Positions 47,771-58,929 of a DNA stretch of 64,000 bases are shown here, piece by piece; position 1 is the first letter of the stretch, and every line of letters begins with the position of its first letter. The notes under the pieces are model-generated. The model made no database searches, was not told the origin of the DNA, and was given only the letters and a program-made list of their open reading frames with translations. The DNA is from Tubiluchus corallicola (taxonomy: Eukaryota > Animalia > Priapulida), in assembly GCA_030141605.1 (NCBI GenBank), contig JAQGDQ010002374.1, forward strand, positions 124,001 to 188,000, written 5' to 3'. The translations under genes and the position numbers were made by a program.

Positions 47771-50700
47771 GTACGGAAAATCAGGTTGCAAAATGTCGTG
47801 TTATTTTTCATTTCGGCAATCGGCAATTAAGAAATGCAGCTAAATTCTACTTACAACGGCATAGATACAAACGTAGCTAAAGTGGAGGTAATAGATTATA
47901 GATGTAGATGTACATGAAGATGTAGATGCAGATGTAGATACAGAAATAGATACAGATACAGATACAGATACATATATAGATATAGATATGTCTTATATCT
48001 TCACAAGTCACAATGAGAGCTATTTTAAGGTTTGTCCAATTAACATTTTGATTTTACGACACTTAAACAAATTCAAAACGAAAGATGTTTCTGTTTCATA
48101 ATTACCCGAAATAATCTAAACATTTCTAAATTAATTATCTATATTTATTATTGGACTAACAGATGTGCAGGGTGGTATGTAAGCAAGTTTTTGCTAGGGG
48201 ATACAAAACGGATAACAGTACAGAACATTTTTTACACTAATATGCTGCTCGAACAACAGCGAAGCTATCATGCCCTGAAAATTTGGTGTGAAAGCTTCGT
48301 ATACGTCTCGCAGTCTTGAGGGGTATTGTTGGAGCAATGACATAAAAAATAAAGATCCTCTGAAACATCTTGCAGATGTCTCACAAGCTTATATGTTAAA
48401 TATCACCAACGGCAGATTTGTTATCATCTTAGCGCCCTCTATATCGTTCAGGATAGCTCCGACGTGTTTGGCAGGGTTGCCGTCTGGTAATTTCCATCTC
48501 ATTCGGTTCATGCGAAGGATTTTCACACTAAACTTTGAAGCCATGATAAATTCTCTATTGTTTCATCAAACCTTTGATATAATAAATTGTTCTGTGGTAC
48601 TACTCGTTCTTACCCTAGGAAAAGGTTATGTACCACTTATTTGTAAATAAGGAAAACAGTGGTAATTAGTTGACAATATTTCAGAAGCCGAGGATTTTGC
48701 AAATAATATAGGCAGTAGTTACAGAATCTGATATTGAAAGGACGCCAGCCTTTTCGTTGAAAGTTCTTTTTTGCTTTATTGAATTCGCTTTGGTTAAATG
48801 CATAGGAACTGGCTTCATAATGAAATGGCAACTTGTAACATTTCAACCCGTGATCCAGGGGTCAGAGGTCAACCAATCTCGGTATGACTTATGCCATTCA
48901 GTTTGTTTCGTTGAGACCTTTCATTTGATGTACTACAAACTAGTTTCGGTTGACACTGGAAGGCATTTGTCTCCTCAACCCCTATTTTATCCCCTAAAAA
49001 GGTCACAGGCTAACTATTCTCATTGTAACATATACCATGCAATTCGTCTCATCGAGGCTTTGCATTTGATATGTTACATACACTATTCCTAGATACCCGA
49101 TGGATTCTGTCCCAGACCCTCATTTTTCGGTTTTTGTCCACTACTGGGGTCAGAGATCAACTAATTTCTGCGTAACTATTACCATTCAATTTGTCTCATC
49201 GAGACATTTCATATATACGATTAATTCGTCTCATCTCTTCGAGGCCTTTCATTTGAAATGCTACAAGGTATTCGATTCCTAGACACTTGGTGCACATTCT
49301 GTTCCCGACCCACATTTTTCGATTTTTGCCTCCTAGCGGAAAATTTTCCCCTCCAAATGACCCATATTCTGCCATACCCAAAAACGTGGCCCCACCTGAC
49401 CACATACCCAAGAATCTGGCCCTAGCTCAAAAATTAGAGGAACAGATGGATCCTGATGAAAAGTTAATAAAGACCCGCCCCCTCTTTCACCCTTCACTGG
49501 AGGTCAGAGGTCAACACAGTGTTGTCATTCCCCCACCCTGTGAATTTTGTGATCTTAGAGTTTGCAGAGTATAAATAACAATAATAACCAGTGCACGTTT
49601 TTGACTGTACTGTGGTGACATTCCGCTTCTGTGACAGGAGAAGCTTCACATGACGACCTTTGTTTTGTATTTACAAATAAAAATTGTTTTCAAAATAAAT
49701 AACAACTGTATGTTGTTAATTGTATGAAATCTGTTTGATTCCGATTAACAGTTTCAATGAAATCCGAGCTTGTCACTTTTTGACCAGTGACCAGTAGGTC
49801 AAGACTCAACTAAATACGGGTCAAAATACACCATTCGATTCGTCTCATCAAGACCTTTCATTTGCTGTACTACAACCTACTGATGCTCGATATATGAAGC
49901 ATTTGTATCATTTCCACGAAAGTTCACTTTTTGTCCTCTAGTGGGGTCAGTGGTTGACCAGTCTAGGCTTAGGTCATAACATTCAATTCGTCTCACCGAG
50001 ACCTTTCATTTGAAATATTATAAGACAGTAAAACCTGTATTTCCACTTTCCTATGACCTCGGGGTCAAGGTCAACAAGTTAGGGGCGTAACTTATACTAC
50101 TCAATTAGTCTCGTTCATACCTTTCATTTGATGTACTATAAGCTACTGTTACTTGACACTGGAAGCATCGGTGTTCCAACCTGCGATTTCGGTTTTTGTC
50201 CAGGTCAGGGATCAACCAACATCAGCGAAACTTACACCATTCGATTTGTCTCATCGAAACATTTCATTTGATATATTACGCGTTACTGTTCCTCGACACT
50301 GGAAGCACTAATGTCCACGACCCCTTCGATTTTGGTTTTTGCCCCTCACCGAAAAATTCTCTCATACGCAAATGACTCATATGCACAACAACTCGACTCG
50401 ACACAACAACCTGGCGACATACCAAAAATTGTGGCCCTAGCTCAAAACCTGTAGGAGGAGATCCAGCCTGACAAAAAAATAAACCCTGCCCGATCCATGA
50501 CCTTTGACCCGGGGGCGACGGGTTACACATATGCATAACACCCCACCTAGGAAGTGTTTCTTGTGAGTTTCGTGACCCTAGCCCTGGGCGTGTGTCACGA
50601 AACTTCATATGAAGCAAAAAATTACTGATAAGCTCAGTAATGGTGGGCTTTTTCCGTGAAGAGCGCAAACAAATTAATTTTAGGCACATTTATTGCTTCC

Positions 50701-52796
50701 TCGCAAGGATAAGAATCAGGAGGACAAGTCAAAAATAAATTTCACAGCCGAGCAACAACAATATGCGCTCATAAATGCTTGTCTTCAATAAATTTTTAAT
50801 CTATATCGATTGTATTTCTAAAGCAAGCTGTAACGCTACACCTTTTTTTCTGAAATGCAAACGCTTTCGGAGATCCGCCGAGTTTCACGTTTCACCCCAT
50901 ACAACGTTTTCTCGCTTTCAAACAGCTGCATCATTAGAAACATTCTATCAGAGGCTTAAATTTAAAAAGCAAAAGAAACTGATACAAGCTCTGTCTTACA
51001 ACTTACAAGACACTCAAAAGTTTGTACACTTATGCACTAATGCAACTTCAGCCTTCGTGTTTGTCTCTTTCTCCCTATTGCGAAATATAAAATTATTTAT
51101 CAGCGTGTTTTCGGGGTTTACATATAAACGATAACCCAGCCATAAGGAATTAGTTCTTATCGCAACATAAACTGTTGATGTTTTGTTCACGCAGTTAATT
51201 TGCAAATTTGCAAACAGTTCAACGCTCTATCGTTGTAAAGAAATTTACAGTTTATGACACGTCACTTAGACGAGTTGTTAAAATCGACTTGGCAAACATG
51301 GGAGATGTATTATTGCGTAATAAATAAGTGCAACTTCAATAGGCATGCGGAAGGTTTTAGTTAGTACATGTAGTAGTAAAATCTTTATTTGTCATAAAAC
51401 GGATTGCATGAAAGACAACAACTAGTTGTTCTAAAACAAAACACTGGTGAAGACAAATGCATCCAATGCAAATTAGAAATTAGGAATATCAGAAAAACGT
51501 GAGCATCTAAAAACTACAAATGTGCAAAGTGTATAAAATTTTAAGCTAAGCTAAAAATATGTGAAATATACACAAAGTATTACCGATAGAAAATACACTA
51601 CAATGATTATTAATACAAAAACTACGACATCAGGGGCACAAACAGTAATTACAGATACATCACTACAAATTACACAAAATACTGAAACACAACAACTAGC
51701 CACTTAACAGGAAATTAATAAAACTAGATGTTGCACAGGAGACATATACTTAAAACGGAGTTTTATTTTTAAAATAAAACCATGACTAATTATACTCCAT
51801 GTTGGTAAAATTAGAAAAATATGAGACAATTTATTAGTGGAGTGGATGGATATAAGCTGCGTTTCTTATTTTTTTAAGCTTGTTTTTGAATACTTCTAAT
51901 GTATCACTTTCTTTTATGTTTTTGGTAGGTTATTTTGGTAGGTCTATGAGACATGATTTCCTTCTTGTACCTTTAAATAATGTAAAACTAGGAATTTTTC
52001 TCAGCGATCATACCTGAAGGCACATACTGGAGTTCTTCATTTACCTCTTACAGTATTCTCGGTGGAACAGTAACAAAACTCCAATAGAAACCATCTTTGG
52101 AGCGACGCGGGTGCCCGACTACTTGCATGTGGCGAATAAATTCTGCTGCCGCTACAACTACCAGCATCACCACCACCACCACCACTACTACCACTACCAC
52201 CACCACCATCACCACCACTACCACCACCACTTGAATTCACTTGTGCTGCTTGAGAATTTTTCTTCGCCATTGGAATATCTGAGACGTTTCCAAGACAAAA
52301 CTCGCTTCCTGACAAGTGACAACCCATTAGAAACCTCAGTGAACGCAATCGAATTGATAACAGTCGTTTTACAGTTCTTTGAACCTTGCAGTTCAAGATT
52401 ATATATATTAGAAGACGGCTAATAAAATCAGCAGTATTTTCCGAACGTCAACACAGAATGACACTTGTAAACCTTAGCTAGATTAATTAAGGCAGGAAGA
52501 ATGTGGTATGATTCATCGATGAAAAACCACACCGAGTGATGGTATAACAAGTGTAACTTAACGAAAACTGGCTTCTTTCCATTATTGTTTGCTCCAAGTT
52601 AGTCTAATAAGCGTTTCAAGCCGAGCATGTAATTCAATGAGCTGTGTGAAACATAATCGAAAAAAGCTCTGCTCTATAGTTAGCTTCAACTCTCAAGGTT
52701 GGTTATCACGTTAGAAGAGTTCCAAGGAAAATCGTGCTGCAAACGAATCCTGTTGAAAATAAAATAAAATAAAATAAGATAAGATAAGATAAGATA

Positions 52797-52828
<32 letters not shown>

Positions 52829-55800
52829 ATGAGATGAGATGAGATGAGATGAGATGAGATGAGATGAGATGAGATGAGATGAGATGAGATGAAATGAAAT
52901 GAAATGAAATAAAATAAAATAAAGATGTCTCAACGCAAACAGTGTTAATTTAAAAAATGTTTGGCTCTGCTACCAGATAGCTTAAGATTTGTAGGCACAC
53001 TAAGCACAATTTCAGGATGCCAGCAACAGGGCCGGATTATCCTATAGACTAGTATAGGTTGCAGCCTAAGGCTCCTCAAGCTTGGGGACCTTCAAGCTTT
53101 TTTAACATTTGGTAAAAAAAAATCTGTTTTTCACTGCGGTTGTGTTGCAATATCTCCTAACTTAGTTTACAATACATAGTAACATAATGATATTTCTTAA
53201 AGAATATCTTTATTGACAAACAAAATCAGCTATTCTAGTTTATTTAAAGAATTTGCAATAAGTTCACTTCAAGCTGTATAAATGTCGCTAAAATGTATCA
53301 AGACGGGTGCGGGCGAGATAGAGAGCGGCTCCGTCTGAGGAGGGCCCATAATTTCATTAACCTAGGGGCCCCAAAAGGACATAATCTTGCCCTGTAGGAA
53401 CGTCATCTAATAACAGACAAGAAAGGGTCAAATTTGATGGTATCGTGGCTTTATAACCAGTTATTACTTAATTATTACAAGAATGTTTCCTATTAAGACT
53501 TTTGAATAAAAAAATTGTTCATACAAGCTACGGTTGTAGAATTTAACAGCCAAAAACCTGCGAAGTTTTGAGCTGAGCTAGACAAGAGTAGATGAGATGC
53601 GCAAAAGATAATATACGTAATAGGTGATACATAATAGGTAATAGATAATATACGTAATAGGTGATATACGTGATAGATGAATGATGACCATGGTCTATTA
53701 TATCATATTAGCATGTTTCGTTTCTATTATAGTAGTTTATCAATAAGATATGTATTATTATTATCTTCACTCATCCATAGATAAAATTTCTTACAAAAAC
53801 CTAATTTAGCGTTAGTTACAGACTTAGAATTGGCTCTTAGCCAGAAAGATACATGATACTAAAGAGTAGCAAGAAATGATTATATTTAGAACGTTTAGTT
53901 ACTTGCCTCGTGCATCTAAAAATTCTGCATCTGTAACTAAATTGGATGTTTTTACCTTCCATAATCACATATCATCAACCAGAGTAATATAATCCACTAA
54001 CGTTCACTTTCTCGAATTTTGCTAGGTCGTTCAAATATAGAGCCGTGCTTTGCATTTTGTTAGGAAGCCATTTCCGACTTCTCCCTTTCAATTTCCATTT
54101 CATTATCCAGGATAAAACGTCTACGGAAAACGACAATACCGTTCAAACAACGTTGGCGTATCTGAATTTTCAACCAACATTTGTCAACGCGTGTCTTCTA
54201 CTCGACATGTTTAAGACAGTTTTCTCCTTGTTAAATCCAAAACCGAAGTTGTCTTACAAGTGAGAAGGTTGTTTTGGAGGATGGTTACATTGCTAATGCA
54301 AAGAGAAGGGTGCTGCTCACTTACACGCCCTTATCATTTACCTGCTCTCGACATTTCGTGTAATCCTACGTGACCTTTAAGAACAACCTAATACAAACAA
54401 GCATTTTAGCAAAATTCAATTTAACAAATTAGGTACTAAAATTGAGACGACGTTAATTTAAAAAAAAACCCAGGAAGAAGAGCATCTCTCAAAACTTGTG
54501 AGTTAATGAGTTTGAAACTGATCCTGAATTAAATGTACGTAGAGGACGGCATAGATAGATACCAGGCAATGATCTATAGATTACATTGCTTTGAATTAGA
54601 ACAGAACGGATTGTAGTGGACTGGAAGTGCGCTATACTGGACTGGACTGGCCTCGAGCTATATATATACTTTATTTATTTTGAGTGGATTTACAACACAG
54701 TAACTATTGCTGATCACAGTATTTCTACTATGTGCAGTTAAGAAATATACAATTAATTAGTTAGAGTATGTAATAACTCAAAATAGTTAATTCAAAAATG
54801 CGACTAGCTCATTAGTTAATACTTAATTAAATTTACAAAACCCATACAATAGATACGATAACAGAAACGATTCTCGATGTATAAGCCTATAAGCCCATGA
54901 AAAGTACAAGTTGTACATTGTAATGCACAATGTTGCTACAGAATTCAGAAATCCAATACATGTGGAATTAATACAATTAGTGTAGTATTACAGTTACTAC
55001 AACAGTACATATGGTTGATTCTAGCATAAGTTGTTTATTAATGAGTACTTGATTGAAAGACAGTCTACATAATAACTTAAAATACAATTATACGTACAAT
55101 CAGTTAACAAAACGTTTAGTGGACTTTTTGTAGTTCGGCAACAATTTGGATGGATGACCTGATCTGAGTTTATAAAAAATGTCCTTGTACATAATAGCAG
55201 GTCTAGATTTGGCGTGTAATTCTTGAGTTATGTGATGATAATAACAGAGTCAATAATAGTGTTGTGTGTATGTCATAGTTTGCGCGAAAACATAATGGCG
55301 AGGGCTTTCAGTCGAATTGTTGTAGCTACATGAACGGTCATCATCGATAATATTCCTGAAAAACAAATCACCTTTTAATTGCGAAAAATTAGCAATGAAT
55401 CTATTTGTTGAAATTTCATTACTTCGATCTTCATTATAATTGGGGCATACTCGTTTAGTACGAACTCCCCATAGGTTCAAGAATCTACTTTTAAAAGCAA
55501 ATGGAGAAAGGAAGGCCTGTCTGCTTTCAATTGGTAAACTATTCCATGGGCGGATGCCTTTTTGGAAAAAAACTATTATACAAATGTCGTGTAGGCAATA
55601 AAAAATGGGTCACGTAGAGCATAGTGATTGTTGGGACGAAGCTCATGTAATTTTCTATCAAGTATTGAGGAGCTTGATTATAATATATTTTTTGGATTAT
55701 TCAAACGGTTTAAAGTTCACTCCTCTAAAAAAGTTAACGTAATTTTAGTTATTATATTATAAAGCCTAGGGTGAACAGTCTAGAATAAACTGATTTGTAC

Positions 55801-58800
55801 ACCAGGCTTGCATCATTTGTACATCAAAAATTACAAAGTTTGTACGGAAATAATTGGCAATGAAGCATTAGAGAACTTTACATATGCAAAATGCATTATA
55901 CTTTTTAAACTAATCTGGCAAAGTACTGAATAATGACTAATTTCTACGGCGAATATTTTAGTCTCCTTAATATATCTCTGCACTAATTGAAATATGAGAA
56001 TATTTTTATCATGGCTTAGTTGTGGATTACCAGATAGAAAGATTGATATTTTATCCTGTGAACTGAGATTATTGAAATACTTAATTCAACTCGTCTTTAC
56101 TGAAGATATTGGGTTGCATTACGCGCATTATTTGTTAATTGTTTTACTATAGTACGGCTTTGCTGATTGTCAAAGCAAAGTAGTTAGCGTTATTATATAT
56201 CAATATATATGGTTCAAATTTAGTTATGCAACTATAGTACAGTATAATGCAGTCAGAACCGGATTATTCTATAGGCTAATACAGGCTGCAAACCTAGGGC
56301 CCCTCAATATTGAAGCCCTTCAAGCTTTAGTAACATTTGACTAAAAATGTGCTTTTTTACTACGGTTGTGTTGAAACAATATGCTAATCTGGTTTGCATA
56401 GCCTATTTCTTAAAGAATATTTTTATTGACAAACAAAAGTCAGCTTTTCTAGTTTATTTAAACAATTTGCAATAAGTTTACGTCAAGCTATATACATATC
56501 GCTAAGACATACCACCAGCAAAAAATATTCAAGATGGATTTTGGCGAGTTTAGAGGCTGACGCCGTCCGAAGGGGGCCGAATAATTGCTTTGGCCTAGGA
56601 GCCCCAAAAGGTCATAATCCGGCCCTGCGTACAGTAAGTTCCACAAGCGTCGCGATTTTTCCGTTTATTTCCTGTGTTGAATCATTGGTACTCTCAAGCT
56701 TGGTCTAAAACAACAATTAAATTTAAGCTCTGAAAAAAACAACTATTGTTGAGAGAAAGCTTGGCATTTTACTTTTTGTTTCATTCATGTCATGTAGCGC
56801 TGGAAATGTATTACTTTTATCGCATTAGAAACTTGTGCTCGTTAAGGATATTGAGACATGAATCCCAATTTAATTCCCCATTAAAAACACTTATTAGCTG
56901 CAGCGCTATGAGCCTGTTGCTTTCTCAAAGTGCCGCCAGCTATCCCGCGGAAAGAGTCGATTTTAATGAGTCAACTTAGACTACCTAAATCTTTCGTAGT
57001 TCATTAAAATTTCCTCAACAAAAAACGGCAAATTTGCAGAACGGAGTACGAATTAAATAAAAATGTTCTCGTTTCGTAAAAGGCTTGGGAAATGACAAGC
57101 TACGTTCCAGATGGCTATAATCCTCAGCTTAAGAAACGACTGGAGTGAAAATTTCTAAGCTCTTGCATGAGTTAATAAGCAAATTTTCTTATGGGTTTCA
57201 TACGTCTGAAGGAAGCCAAAGCCGATTTTGTGTATGTGTGATCATAATTACGTGGTTTATATAATCCGGTCTGGCGAACTCAACCTTAAAAAGGGATAGA
57301 AAGAACTTGCTTATATAAAAGGTTGCTGCAAGTCAGTAGTACTGACCTCACTTCTCCCATCAATCAGACATCATTTCTATACAGACCCTTTGCTATACCA
57401 AATAAAGGTTAACACGTTAAGAAAACACGTAAATATTACTATGTTATTTATGAAATAAAATCATTTGTTTACTACATGTTTAGATGTGTAGTGTATCAAC
57501 ATACTAATTTTTGGCATTTGCTATTGCAGCATTAATTGTTCGATTCCTGACAAAGAGGTTTATCTGGGAATATGACCCAACCTTAGGTAAGACATCCAAA
57601 TTCCGTAACTGTTTTCGCATAAAAATTTTCTTTACGATTTTAAGGAAATGTTGAATTGGTCGACTTTATGACTAACCTGTTTAGTTAGCGCACCTTTATT
57701 TAAATCCCCTCCCCCCGTACATTTAGTAGCGAACCTTCCCCCACAGAGTGGATAGTTTTCTTCTTTGTTGCAGCATACCTACTATTAGCACTCTACTATA
57801 TTATAATTTATCAATATCATCATCTCCTGACACCCACTATTTTTACAATCAAACTGAAATATTAATTTATCGGTTTCTTATCGCTGAAAGTTTGTAATTT
57901 GCTTTGTAGATGCTAGGCGCTTTACAAATTTGCACAAATGTATCTACACGGCATTTTTCTTGCATGAGCTGGTGTGAGATTTTCAGTAAGTGACACATTG
58001 ACAGGAATTTTCTTCAGTTCTTACACTATAGCTATTAAATACTTGCACAATAAAAATACCTCTATGCTGATTATAAGCACTGAGATTAGAGCTAGTTGAG
58101 ACCGAGACTGGGCCTACTGGTTGTGTTGATCAACTTAGTGTGAACAGAACTACAATCTTAGTGCGAACTAGATTTTCCAGTGTGAACATGACACTGAATT
58201 AATAGGATACAATGAACATTGCGATTCATAACAGTACGACATTAAGATGGTGGATTGCTAAATTTGAATGTTTGTCTTTTATAATATAGAATGGACGTAT
58301 AGACATGCGCTCATAATTGATGATGAAAATGTAATACTCGAGATATTGGACACAGGAGGTCAGGTAAGTTATAAAGCGTTTGTATACCTTTAGTCCTTTT
58401 CAATAATATTGCACAAAAAATACATATTCATTTACTTGAACCATGACCTTGAAACGGATTAATGAAATACAATAATAAATACACAAATTTATGTGCAATT
58501 TTTTACAGCTGAAATAAAATTTTTGTTATTACATAATCTACGTTTAACCAGTGACACTTTAAGCGTGCCATAATCTATTTGCATTTTATTTTTGATTATA
58601 CCTCTTACCTTGTGTCTGAACTTGCAAGTAGGAAATAAATGTTTCACTTTATCAGTTTTAATATTATTTTAAATATGAATTATAACTGAAACGAACATTT
58701 TTTCAATGTATTCTCATCTTATCATAGTCTGAAAATCTTATTTTTGCAGAAAACACTTGCGCATACATTTGCGTATTTATTACAGTGTGTTTCATTGTTT

Positions 58801-58896
58801 CAATCCATTTTAAAAAGCTGACATGAACAACGAAACGCGTCATGGTTCAAATAAATTAATGTTTTCAAGCAACACGCCAAAAACTAGCATACACAC

Positions 58897-58929
<33 letters not shown>

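Noticed and set aside
52037-52422. His-rich and Gly-rich ORFs
   Set aside because: Products of the CAC/CTA microsatellite inside a RERG intron.
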